A stretch of 64,000 nucleotides of DNA from Rhizodiscina lignyota (lineage: Eukaryota). Within the stretch, counting starts at the first letter, position 1. Every line of letters begins with the position of its first letter. Location: assembly GCA_010015805.1 (NCBI GenBank), contig ML978121.1, positions 682,001 through 746,000 on the forward strand. The letters run 5' to 3'. Under the pieces are notes generated by a model, which was given only the letters and a program-made list of their open reading frames with translations, did not search any database and was not told the origin of the DNA. Below are positions 23,780-35,100 of this stretch, in pieces. A program made the translations under genes and the position numbers.

Positions 23780-24348
23780 ATGTCAAAGGCCACCGCTATG
23801 GGTAACAGCGGTAGCTCTGAGCCAGCAACAGAGAGCGGGCGACAGCGAGACCATGAGAGATATCTCTTGGGAATGGGCATATCCACGCTGCAATTGCAAA
23901 CGTGCGATTCCAATTTGGAAAAACTCTTTGCAGAAGAGCATGCGCATGGCAGGCATGACGCATCGCGGGAGACACTGCGTAAGTACTGTTTCTAATCAGA
24001 AACGTATGAAGGACTGATCCAGCGCCAGATCAAATCTTTGAGGCTTATTATCCATTTCGCGGTTTGCTTAAGCTGGAAGCAGACAGAAATGACATAGAAC
24101 GGAATGAGACGGCAAATGTAGATCAAGAACGTTGGTTCGTGAAGCTTAACGTATGCCCGGGCGGGAAGAATACCCCCGGTGGTTGTTTGGAGGTGCTCTC
24201 TGGTGGAGTAGAGCCCACACTCTGTGAGGCATGGACTTCCTTCCGGCATAAAGTCTTAGAGGTGGCTATTCCAAAACCAGAACCAGAAAAGTCAATACTG
24301 GAAGAGACAGGCTATGATCGATGGGATCCTGGAAGATGCGGATTGTAG
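23780..24348 (+). CDS. Small orphan-family protein, member D (172 aa; exons 23780-23978, 24029-24348)
   Basis: TATATAAG at ~23747. Phase-1 intron GTAAGT...CTGAT...CAG at 23979-24028 gives ...SRETL^HQIFEAYY...LEVLSGGVEPTLCEAWTSFRHKV, with the same intron position and motifs as the genes at 38.3-40.7 kb. Confidence 0.7.
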
Positions 24349-24548
24349 ATCTCTTCGAGGTTCAATGGGCATTGACACTGAAACTGAGAGACTGAAAGTA
24401 CTTGTAATTCGCTGTATACGACTACAAGCAAAATGTACCGTCGAAACCGGGAAAAGTCCCTGTTATCCACCGGTGTAATGGATTTACTGACTCCATGAGC
24501 ATGCAAAAGAAACCGCGCTGTCTTTCTACAGCTACCTCCTCAAGCCAT

Positions 24549-25192
24549 TTATGATTCTGTCGTAACCTTGGCCTTGCCGTTCGTCACCTTCACACCCAAC
24601 TGCTTTGCCCTCGCAATGATGTCTATCCGCTTGCGTGCCGACACAGCGTGTGCGATCCTGAATCAAAATAAGTATCCAATATTTCATCATCGAGCCTGTT
24701 CGCGAATGAGATTAGGGACGTACTCAGCGGCGTAGACACGGTTGTGCATGAGAAGGAGGTCGACCTCGCGGACGTTGTTGACGAGGAATGCCTTGTGGCC
24801 GGAAGGCATGAGGTGTCGAGTCTTCTTGTTCGAGCCGTAGCCAATCTGCGCGAGAAATACTCCATCAGCTTCTGATATCTTGAATTGCTCCCATATTTGC
24901 GCTGCGGTCAAAGTTTTTGCGGTTCCCCATCTACGGCGCCATCGTTTCTTTACACATCCTGTGAAAGCATTCGTACCTTTGGCATAGCGGCCTGTCCAGA
25001 AAATCGTCTTCGCACACGATTGTCTATGCCCTTAGGCTTTCTCCAGCTCGGGTCGACGCATTTGAATCGGTCGCTCTGGTGGCGGTTGAAGCGCGCAGTG
25101 CCTAGATTGTCACGTCAGCCGCTAGAAGTCCAATGAAGTTAACCAGACATACGCTTCTTGACGATAGGGACGTGTTTCCGTGCCGACACCAT
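24549..25192 (-). CDS. RPL32: 60S ribosomal protein L32 (eL32), 4 exons
   Basis: [80 protein letters not shown]...[39 protein letters not shown]. Confidence 0.97.
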
Positions 25193-25772
25193 CTTTGCTG
25201 TATGGAGAGGAAGGTGATGTCGAGGGCAGTAATTTGTTCGACTGGTTGTGGTGCAACTGGATTTTGGAAGTGGGTGACGGAAAATGCCGCGCAGGCGTAA
25301 GCGAGATGGCCCCTGTCAATAATAGCCAATCAGCTAATGCAGTACAGTCTACGAAGTAAGTACAGCCACTACGTAGTATAATTTTTCATAAACCTTCAGG
25401 ACTCCCAAGAAGCTCCGGGTATTAGCGAGGTTGCATTTAACGCTGCCAGGAGTAGATGGCCAAGCTTGATTTGGAAGATTTGCTTCTCTTTATCGCGAAA
25501 AAGAGACCCCGTTGCAGATCTCATATGCTCACGAGAGACAGCGCCTTCGAAGAGTGAAACAAGAGCGTTCCGAAAATTATATTAAATTCAGGCCGCCTCG
25601 GCGGTAGTATCATGACACTCCATTGATATGTATCGAATCCGGCCTCGGATCAAGCCATTGTAAGAATTTGCCGTCGCTATGCTATGCTCAAATCAGATCA
25701 ACCCCGCCCTTTGCTATGCATAAACCCAAACTCATGTGCCCAAACGATTCCAAATCCTCCAGGCATTCCAAC

Positions 25773-27896
25773 TTAGAATGCAGATGCCAGCCTCATCGGC
25801 GAAGGTAACGTGTCATCCCCCTGAAGCGAGCCACTAGGACCAGCGGTCCTCATCCGTACTCTCATTGCCGAAGGCATAGAATATGACGTTGTTCCATGCG
25901 CCTCATTCTCTTCAATCAGACCATTTTGCGAATTGCCAGTTGCGGAAGAAGCTAACGCAGTTGACTGAATGTTGTCCTCTCCAGTCCCTTCAGCGTCAAG
26001 CTCTGTCTCGGCATGTGGCCGCGGTAGTACCAGACGCAGCTCATTCATCAATGCCGATCTCGATTCCGCGGTGGCAGCTGCGCTTGTGTTGGCGTGCTCA
26101 AGTTCTTCCGCTTCCATCGAACCAGACTCCACATCCTCTGCCATCATACCTGGCTCTAGAGCGGGCACTTCAATATCCAATTGCTCCTCATCTATCGCTA
26201 CCGGCAGGGGGATAGAGGCGGCAACTTCCAAGAGCCCTTGCTCATCGCTCGCCTGAGGTGTCGAGACTTGTTCGTAGAACAACATGAACACTCCGCCTTG
26301 TTGCAGAACATCACCCTCAGAAGCAGGCGATACATCTTCGTCGCTAAGCCTCCACCACCGCTCTCGTGGTTCCAACTCTTTTTCGGCGGCTTGGCCGACT
26401 ACTTTCGAAGGGTGCTTCCGATAGCAAATGTAGTGCCCATTTTCGTGACGACCAAAGTGTGTGACAACTGCTCGCAGTTCATATGGCAAAGACACGGGTA
26501 TCTGCTCTGAATCTGAACTGGGGAGCATGGACTGCTTAGGGTCCGTACTCCAGCTTTCCCTATTGTTCTTTTGTTGGTCTCCAGGTTCTTCTGTCGGACG
26601 ACCCAGGCACCACGGACCCAAGTCAAAATTCGACGGAAAGGATACATCTGCGTAATTCTTCATCTGAGCGCCAGTCATTTCGTTAAACACGCTCCGATTA
26701 ACATGAATGACGAGTGATTTTGGAGCTCGTGCAATGACCGCTTGCCTAGATTTCGTTGTAGACATCCAGTTCTTCTTGGAAATCTGGCAGGTATTCGACA
26801 ATGTCTTGTCCGTGAAATCCTCGCTTTCCAGTGCATCTTTCGTGGCTTGCAATCGTGCGGAAATGGACTGTCGTAACGGCTCGTTCATTGCAGGGGTAGT
26901 AGAAAGTCGTTCCAACATAGCCTCGAGTTGCGAAACAGTTCGTAGGAGCGTGCATTTTGCACATTCCACACCCTCTATCGCCTCAAGTTTCGTGTACTCG
27001 TCAAGACAATCGCGGATGTCGTATGCCCATTCTCTTCCTAGTGGAACCGTGAGACAGTTGAATGGTATCATCGATAAACCTTCGGAGTAACCACATTGTG
27101 TGCAAGCTACTCGCTGCGCAAGGAAGCCCTCTAAAGGGTTATGCAAATGTCCCGCAGCTCTAGCATCGTTCTGGTCTTGCGGAAGGCCGTTTTCTCCATT
27201 AAACCCCGGCAAGTCCGATCTGCACTTCGATACTTTCAAGAGCTCTTTGTCTACCTCGTCCAGAATCTTTGAGAAGTATTCCTGCGCATCTTGTTGCTGC
27301 CAACTGCTCATGGACTTGAGCTTAGCGGGCATCCACAGCATTCGGCCATTGTTTTCGGGATCATTCAGCTTCTGGATAGTCTCGTGCAGGGTGCTGTTCG
27401 TGGACTCTTCGAGCAGACCTCCGTAACTTGAGAGCGCACTCGTCAGGAACACTTGTAGCGGCTTCAGCGATGCCAGTCCCTGCACAACACTGTTTTGGTA
27501 GCAAGAGTTGTCCCAGTTGCCCATTCCCGGCGGTGCATCCGTTTGTCCTCCATTGAATAGCGATCCCAGTGTAGGTCCCTGGACAGCTTTCAGTGGCGCG
27601 AAAACGCTCTTGAGGACTCCATCTGGGTTTTGGTTGCTTTGTGAGGGTAGTCGAGGCCGTCCGAAAGGTGTCTGTCGCTGGAGCGCTCCGATTTGCACCA
27701 GCATTTTGCGCAGATGTGATTTGATTGATATCAGGAGGGCGTTCGCCGGCAGGCCTAGGTATAGAGATAGGTGGTATATCCCGTAACACAAGAGGACCGA
27801 GAACGCGATAATCGTGCCAGTTGATATTCGGTCATGGCGATGGGCATCGTGGTAGGTCTGAGTGTAGTGCCGATAGAAGTCGTCTCCCGCGTTCAT
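25773..27896 (-). CDS. Ubiquitin-specific protease (peptidase C19) with N-terminal TM anchor; Ubp1/Ubp16/USP30-like
   Basis: Cys box GMGNWDNSCYQNSVVQGL, QQDAQEY, CxxC zinc-finger pairs, His box YELRAVVTHFGRHENGHYICYRK, WWRLSDE. Hydrophobic N-terminal segment. Confidence 0.92.
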   Translation of the reverse strand: MNAGDDFYRHYTQTYHDAHRHDRISTGTIIAFSVLLCYGIYHLSLYLGLPANALLISIKSHLRKMLVQIGALQRQTPFGRPRLPSQSNQNPDGVLKSVFAPLKAVQGPTLGSLFNGGQTDAPPGMGNWDNSCYQNSVVQGLASLKPLQVFLTSALSSYGGLLEESTNSTLHETIQKLNDPENNGRMLWMPAKLKSMSSWQQQDAQEYFSKILDEVDKELLKVSKCRSDLPGFNGENGLPQDQNDARAAGHLHNPLEGFLAQRVACTQCGYSEGLSMIPFNCLTVPLGREWAYDIRDCLDEYTKLEAIEGVECAKCTLLRTVSQLEAMLERLSTTPAMNEPLRQSISARLQATKDALESEDFTDKTLSNTCQISKKNWMSTTKSRQAVIARAPKSLVIHVNRSVFNEMTGAQMKNYADVSFPSNFDLGPWCLGRPTEEPGDQQKNNRESWSTDPKQSMLPSSDSEQIPVSLPYELRAVVTHFGRHENGHYICYRKHPSKVVGQAAEKELEPRERWWRLSDEDVSPASEGDVLQQGGVFMLFYEQVSTPQASDEQGLLEVAASIPLPVAIDEEQLDIEVPALEPGMMAEDVESGSMEAEELEHANTSAAATAESRSALMNELRLVLPRPHAETELDAEGTGEDNIQSTALASSATGNSQNGLIEENEAHGTTSYSMPSAMRVRMRTAGPSGSLQGDDTLPSPMRLASAF

Positions 27897-28196
27897 TGTT
27901 GGCTGTTAGGTGTTCGAAGCATGTGGGTAGTTCTGGAAGTAGGAAGGAGGATGAAGGTTTGCGTTGGAAATATACATCGGGTGTGGAAGGTTGCAGAACG
28001 TGGTGGCGTATAAGTGACAAACGTTGAGTTGCCTGTGCTCAAGAGTGAATGTGAATGGGGCGTTGAGTTGGGTTCGGCATGCCGAGCTTCGGCCCGAGAT
28101 TTCTGTAATCGATAAAGAATTCTTGGCATAACTTTTCCCACAACATCATGGAAACCTCGACAATCTCATAACCAATCACGCACATTCTCTGGCAAG

Positions 28197-28812
28197 ATGG
28201 CGAAAACAGCAAAAGTCAAAAAAAGAGGTCAGTAACCATAAGATATATAGCGAATTGACTCAAGCTGATTGATCAACAGGTGTCTCGATCCACTCCCGCG
28301 CAGCCAGGCGCGCCACCTCCCCCTCCCTCGACCTTGACAAGTCCCTCAAAGAGCACGGGGCATCCGGAGAACCTATTCAGCCCCGACCAGACGTTCTAAG
28401 ATCTCTCGATGGAGGCATATCCAAGAAAAAGCGACAGAAACCATTGAGTCGTACGCAGAAGTTGCGGCACAGGAAAGGGATCGAGCGAGCGGATGTGAAT
28501 GCGGCTACAATGGAGGTAAAAATGAAGAAGAGTATGGGCCGGCATAAGACTATCAACTCGAGAAGAGCGGACTGGATCGACTTGAATGAGAAGATTTCTG
28601 GTGAGGAGGGGGAGGCTCCCACATTCCATACAATGCACAAAAATCCGTTCAGCAATCTGCCTCTCGAGGAAGAGGAGAACAGGCCGAAGAGACGGCTGCC
28701 ATACGCAGCGAAAGGTGCCACTTTCCAACTTCCGATATTCTCTAAGGGATCTCTGAACCCGCCACCGCCACCGCCAGAACCAGCACCGGCGATAGAAGAC
28801 GAAATCCTGTGA
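28197..28812 (+). CDS. ALB1: Alb1-like pre-60S shuttling factor, 2 exons
   Basis: MAKTAKVKKR/GVSIHSRAARRATSPSLDLDKSL...GGISKKK...LSRTQKLRHRKGIERA...KMKKSMGRHKTINSRRADWIDLN. Intron 28228-28280. Confidence 0.8.
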
Positions 28813-29099
28813 TTGGAGATGGGAGGGGACTTGCTATGGATTAATGCATCATGGTGTTGCTTTGGGCAAGGTTCTCGGGTTCCTTCAGTCGCCCAGAAAT
28901 GCGGAGGCAAGGGCTAACGATTCAATCGAAGCTCATCTTGCGCTCGTTCAGACGACTAGTATAGAGAATATTTTCCCGCTGCGAAGTTATGAGGACATGT
29001 TGAACAGGAGCTATGAGCCTTGATTGCAGAAGCATTGCATCGCTGTCTAGGGTATCTCAAATACACATGCGAAGACGATGGTGAGGGTTATGATAGCAG

Positions 29100-30761
29100 T
29101 TATGCTTTGGAGATCTCCTCAATCATCGGCATTGAGACCTCGTCTTCGCCTTCGACGATTCCAATGGGGACAGGGCGCCAGATACCGGGATATGGCTGCC
29201 ATCCACCATAGTCTTTAGCTGAAAATGTAGACTGGGCCATTATATGGTCTCCATATTCTTCATGACCCTCATCACTGCTTTCCGCATCCCCAGTATCGTC
29301 ACGGGAGAGGTTTTCCTCCACCAAGGTGACCTGCGTATCACCCTCGGCTTCTCTAGGGCTTTCCTCCAAATGGTTCGCCTCTACCACTTCAAGCCACTGC
29401 TCTCTGAACCTCGCGTCTCCTGTTATTGTCAGTTTCCTTGCGAGTGCTTGTGTCCAGTACTCCGAAGACAAAGTGCATTCTCGGACAACTTCTGTCCTGA
29501 GCTGTCTTAAGCCGTCTTTGCTCATCTTTCGTCGACGAGCCCAGGTTGTGGAGACGAAGACGTGTTCAATCCAGCGACTTATCGCTTCCTTGTATGGGTC
29601 CTCGCTCTCAACAAGTGCTGACGGAGACGTGAGAATGTGGAGCATGCGCAACACAAACTCCACCAAAGATCTCCGGACGCTGAGTGCTAATTTTAACAGT
29701 AGTGGGTCCCATAGGATGAAAGCACCAGACATGGTACTGCCAACGGTGTGGCCCGAGGGGATAATCATTCGTTCGTCAACCAGCAGTGCCAGCAGAACGT
29801 CAAGACTGCTCGAATCTTCACGATGGAAGCGTCCCAATCTAGCACATGCACCATCTGCGGCACCGGAAACTCCTTTGGTCATTCCCTCTGTTGAAGCCTT
29901 TACTTCCTCTCTCCTTTCTTTCACGAACGATTTCAGCACCGCTTTCAGCTTTGTACCATTTTCCTTAGCCTTCATATCCTCCTCTACACCTCTCATCCTC
30001 TTAACTCCCCGCTGCTCATCATCCTCATCGCCAAGCTTGCTCCAGAACGAGTCCCAAAGCCAAGCCAATGCACCTTCGACAGCACGTTCAAGAGGTCCAA
30101 GAGCGGGTAATTCTCCGCCATGCGTGAATTGATGCCTCAACTCAACCCATTGCTCAGGGATATGCAAGTCAGAAGCGACATCAAACATGCTGCGCTTCGC
30201 AACAGAGGCTTGGTTGATGTCGCAGAAGCCGGTGACGAACCTGTAGGATGTGAGGAGGCTGCATTGTACATATGGCAACTCCACTGGACTCGGGAGACGG
30301 AAAAAAACGAATTCAAAGAGCGTCAAAATTACGCGAGGAATTGAACATAATTCCAAAGTTAAAGTGGAACGTAGAAATGAAAGCTATTCCTTCATACCTT
30401 GCTAGAGCTGTCGCAAAAGCTGCTCTCGTCGCATACGCCGAGCCTATCTCTGCATTCTCCACTGCCAGTTGGTGGAGTTGGGCTTCCACCAACAGCGCAG
30501 TCGATTCGATCGCGTGGGGGAGACGCGCCCGTCGACGCCAAATCTCGATCTGTGCGAGGTAAATGAGTGCCCAAGACAATACGTGGAATTAATGCCCGCA
30601 AGTTGAGAGAGCCTGGCCAGTCATAATGGGGTCCAACTCACCATGTCGGTCGCATCGCGTCGAGCGGCCGTATGCTCTCCGGTGTTCGAGAGGAATAGCT
30701 TTTTACGGACATCGAGCACCTCGGCTCTGTCTCTCCATGGCCTTATTTTAATTCTGGCCAT
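29100..30761 (-). CDS. LAS1: Las1 pre-rRNA ITS2 HEPN endoribonuclease, 3 exons
   Basis: MARIKIRPWRD..., IWRRRARLPHAIESTA, AFATALAR/FVTGFCD, and IPEQWVELRHQFTHGGELP, which carries the HEPN RxxxxH motif. Confidence 0.9.
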
Positions 30762-30955
30762 TTGTATGCAATGAGAACCGTGAGGATGAAGGAATGTGGA
30801 TAGTGCCGGAAAGGCTCTAAAATTGGGTGTCGACGTTCTTGGCATAGAAATTCACCGCAAGCGCAAAGCGTCAAGCAGGAGACATCTTGCGCATAACCTC
30901 CTAGGGTATAATTTACATTTCCAATTATTCCAACCGCCCGACGCGAGCAACCCGC

Positions 30956-32179
30956 TCAAGCGCCTAACCAGCCGTAACCGATTCCCTGGCTCGCCGTACT
31001 AATCCTCGCCGCTGGATTCTTCAGCTGCTGATACCACCATTCACTATCCACGCCCTCTCCATCCTCGAAGAAGAAAGTCTGCCCTTGCAAATTAGACTGC
31101 ACCACGCCCGTTTGTGGCATTGCTTGTGTCTGCGCCACCACTGGCCATTGTGACTGCGACTGTATCTGAAGCGCGACATTGTGCGCTGCGGCCGGGAGGC
31201 CGTTGACGACTGAAGTTGGTTGGTTCTTGGGTTGCTCGTCTTCTTCGCCGTCATCTTCGGCATCTTCCTCGTCATCAGAATCCGGAGGTGGTACCCAAGA
31301 CTCTTCAAGCTTGAGACCCTTGCCTTGACTCAGCGCGGACATGAACGGGTGTGGTGGTGTGGCTGGCGGATCATAAAGACCCATACCGATGAGCTCCTTG
31401 CTATCGCTGCGCTCAAGCTCTTCCGGGGGAGGTGTCCTGGGCACGTCATCCTCCTCTAGCTCTGGCGGGTGTTGTATCGGAAGGAAATCCTGCTGGGACT
31501 GAAGGACAGGATACTGCGTCTGTGGAATCGAGTGTGAGGTGACCGGCCAGTCTGACATGTACCATGAAGTGTTCGCAGGCGAAGAAGGATACGCAGAGGA
31601 GTATAGGGTGTCGATATCTGAGTATGGGTGAAGTGCGCCTTCGTAGTATGGCGACTCGTAAGGAGTAGTTTGGTATGTGGAGGATTCGAGCGGGAGAGAA
31701 TATGTGGAGGGAATTCCCGTGCCGTTAGGGTATATGGGCGTGCTCATCGAAGCTGGATGGCTGGCCATAATTGGAGGTGATACTTGAGAGTAGTATTGCT
31801 TCTCAAGGCCTGTAGTTGTAGGCTCTTGAAGAAATGTTCCGTTAAACTGTGAAGATGCCGGATGCCAACTCATAGGTCGAGTTGTCGGTATCGAAGCTTC
31901 CACATAGCTCACTTGTGAGTTGTCGTATGTCGTGGCCATGGTTGGGTTTCTTGAATGGCCCTGATATGAACGCATTCCCGATGTTGTCCTCCGTCTATCT
32001 ATCGCTCTTGGGCTGTTGTTTGTGCTTCGGGGCTTCTCGACCCGGCTTGACCGTGTACTATGAATTGAGCTGTATGTGCCGGAATCTCGTGATTGTCGTT
32101 GAGAGAGTCGTGCGGATGCCATGAGGGTCGAAACGTCACTGAGGACATCCTCATATTGCTGTCCGTAAAAGGTAGTCAT
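30956..32179 (-). CDS. Conserved-looking fungal hypothetical protein, Ser/Thr/Pro/Gln-rich, probably disordered
   Basis: Long ORF (about 407 aa from MTTFYGQQ) with short motif islands SRVEKPRS, RPMSWHP, LIGMGLYDPP and GKGLKLEESW. Confidence 0.75.
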   Translation of the reverse strand: MTTFYGQQYEDVLSDVSTLMASARLSQRQSRDSGTYSSIHSTRSSRVEKPRSTNNSPRAIDRRRTTSGMRSYQGHSRNPTMATTYDNSQVSYVEASIPTTRPMSWHPASSQFNGTFLQEPTTTGLEKQYYSQVSPPIMASHPASMSTPIYPNGTGIPSTYSLPLESSTYQTTPYESPYYEGALHPYSDIDTLYSSAYPSSPANTSWYMSDWPVTSHSIPQTQYPVLQSQQDFLPIQHPPELEEDDVPRTPPPEELERSDSKELIGMGLYDPPATPPHPFMSALSQGKGLKLEESWVPPPDSDDEEDAEDDGEEDEQPKNQPTSVVNGLPAAAHNVALQIQSQSQWPVVAQTQAMPQTGVVQSNLQGQTFFFEDGEGVDSEWWYQQLKNPAARISTASQGIGYGWLGA

Positions 32180-35100
32180 GGTCGCTACGGTGAACAGCCT
32201 GACGTGGGGTTGATTGAAGTGTAATGCAGCAGCTGGGCTACTCGTCAGAGTATATATGATATGAGTACGCCACACCTGCAGCGCCAAACGAACAAGGTTC
32301 CATCGTGAATGGAGCGTCAGCCGTGTTGGCCAGAAACGGGACAGGGTTACGATAATGTGCGTTAATTGACGGTGCGTGCCCGTGGTACGTCCATTAGCGG
32401 CAGTACCTTTGTGAAACTAGGACTGGTCCAGCATCTGACGAGGACCGCGTAGGTAATCTGCATGGTTGAGGATCTCCGCTGGGACGAGCAGATGGGCAAA
32501 TAGCATCCGTCATGGTGGCTCAAGCCACGCTAAGAGCGAAATCGACTCCGAGCTTGTGGCTCGCCCACTCAGAGACATAAGGAGGTTTATTAGCTCTCGG
32601 CGTAAGAGAGCGTGCGTGGGCTGGGGCGCAGATCCACTCAGATAGTAGGGGAAAAAGGCAAATGCGGGCGAATGAGAGGGGTGGACGAGCGAGAAGAAGT
32701 AAAAAACCAATGAGAGGACTTGCTGTGGAGAGTGGCAGGCCGACGCGGCCCGGTACGCATGGCAGGAAAAGCGCCGCAGAGCCACCAGCTGTCTCTGTGC
32801 CTCTTGGTGCCGTTCAAAGCTGTTTTAGAGCAGCCGTCAAATCATCAATGCCAGCGCCGGGACGCTGGTTCGCTAGCACTTACGGCAGGCGTCTAAATGG
32901 TCTAACGTGCGGTTGAAGGTTAGATGTGCGCTGGGGCAGGGCTGTCTCGGTTTGCTCCTTTGCAGGAACGAAAGCGGTCAGACACACCATCGACCCAACG
33001 ACGAGGAGTCCGGCTGCCTGGTTGCTTTGTCGCCTAGAGGTCTCATCCGCCCACTGCTGCTGTGCGAGCGTGGGCATGGTGAAGGCGGCTGGAAGGGACA
33101 GAGTGGTGACGCTGCATGAGGGCATGGATGGCAGCTCTCTGCTGCTCGTCCATCAGCGTCCTGCCAGCCACAGAGCGCTGAGACTGCGGTGACCGGCCGA
33201 GGGTATGGGCGTGTGAGCAGATGAAGTCCAGCGAGATGACGGCGCAATTGGATCAGTCAGGACCCCACCTTGCAGCAAGGCTCGTTGGAGGCCAGGAGAG
33301 CATGCAGCAGCTTGACTCGGGACGTCGGGGAGGCCAGGTGCAGGATGGTCGTTCACGTCGTGCAGTTGGTGTGTGGGGAGGCTCGTCGAGATGACGGCGA
33401 TGATCTAGAAGGCGAGAAGCACACGTTCGAAAAGCAGCCGACGCTACGCCCGGACCCCATAGCCGTGCATGCGCCAGGCGTGGCCAGGAGCCCCAAGCGC
33501 CCGTTCAAGGGTTTGCCGAGGGGTGGGCAGGCTGCCAGAGCGGCGCCCAAGGGGTACATGCATGGTGGCATGGGCGGTTGGATGGGCCTTCGATGCTCCT
33601 CGTGTGGAGATTTGGTCGCCATCACAGCACCCATCTCGAGCGCACGCAGGAAAGCCAAATACGGAATCCTTCAGCTTGGCGCCCTCTCGCCGCCATGTCG
33701 CTGTCGACTTCGCACGCCTGTCTCGCTCAGAAGGCCGGCAGCCCTGCAGCGCCGAGAGGAGAAACGCGCTGAAACGGAGTGTGCATTGGGCGATGGGGAT
33801 GACTAGCGGTGGAAGGGCTACTTTTGGCTTGCGGAGATTCAGATGGCACAGGCGCCTCATGGCTCAGATCGTCCGAGGCAATGTCCTCGCATCCTGGGAG
33901 AATGAGTGACCAGCTCGAGCCAGCCTTAGCTCCATGATCAGCGCACTCGCCGTGGCCTGCTATGGATGACACCAGAGGTGTGCCTTCGTATTAGTAGTGA
34001 CACGCGGACGGCAGAAATAACTACGTACATGCAAATGTACGTGCAACACGCCAGAGGCGACATCGAGCCTAAAGCAGAGGCGACGGCGGGACTACTGCGC
34101 GCAATTCTAATCCCTACCATTCATGTACCAACAGCCGGATGCGCCGCTGTGAGAGGCAGAGTCGTTAGACTTGATTCTGCGCCTGCTCGACCCGACATGC
34201 TGCTATTTGCTTCCACCTGCTCGACACCATCTCGATATTCCCGAGCTGGGCCACTGCCTGATTCATGAATCATGCTCGACCTGAAGCAAACACTTTTGCC
34301 GTCCACGCTCCAAGGCACAATCACCCCTTGCTGCACCACCAGCGCCAGGCAGTCATCCCACACAGCAGTGCTTGATTACGGCAATGTGGAATTGTGGAGA
34401 GCGCAGGGCCGGCAAGGCCGGGCAAGCATCAGCAGCAAATACGGATATAATCGCAGCATGATGATGGGCTTTTGAAACTGCCTCAGCAAGCAAAGTCGCC
34501 GCCGCAGGATTCGTGGATTGCCAGCATGCATCACCGCCGCTGCTCTGCAACTGTCACGGCAGCTAAACAACGGCCCCGACGCCAGCCAGTTCCTTTCCCC
34601 CTCGCTGGCCGGTCAGCGGGGCTGAAGAAAAAGAGGGCTCGTTGCACCTCTCATGTGTTCCGCATTCCTGCACTCTGCAATGAGAGGCTACACGGACGAG
34701 CATGTCGCGCACTGCCACTGGATGGATGGATGCGTGCAATGTGCTTCGATGCCTGGGATCGTGACTCTGGGCATCCATCTCTCCGATGACGTTCAATATC
34801 CCAACCGCGCACCTGCACCTGTTTGGAACGTGGCCCACAGCCGGGCTCCACCTCTGCTGCTGAGCATGGGTCTGCCGAGATCTTTCCACCGCGGCAAGCT
34901 CCCTTTTGGCCACGGCGCTTCGCTCGGGTGCTGGGAAGATGAGACCTCGAAAGGGTTCAGGCTATGACCGAACCCTACCGTTAACTTTTAGCACACCCGC
35001 CCCACGCTCGACTGCCCATATTGCTTTATTTGTACATTCCTTCCACCCATGGCCGGTGTGGCTCGCGTGCGTCCATACTCATTCTGACTCTACCTGAGAC

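Noticed and set aside
33270..33909. Overlapping 100-180 aa ORFs on both strands
   Set aside because: GC-rich non-coding sequence with low stop density; Arg/Ala/Pro-rich translations without motifs.
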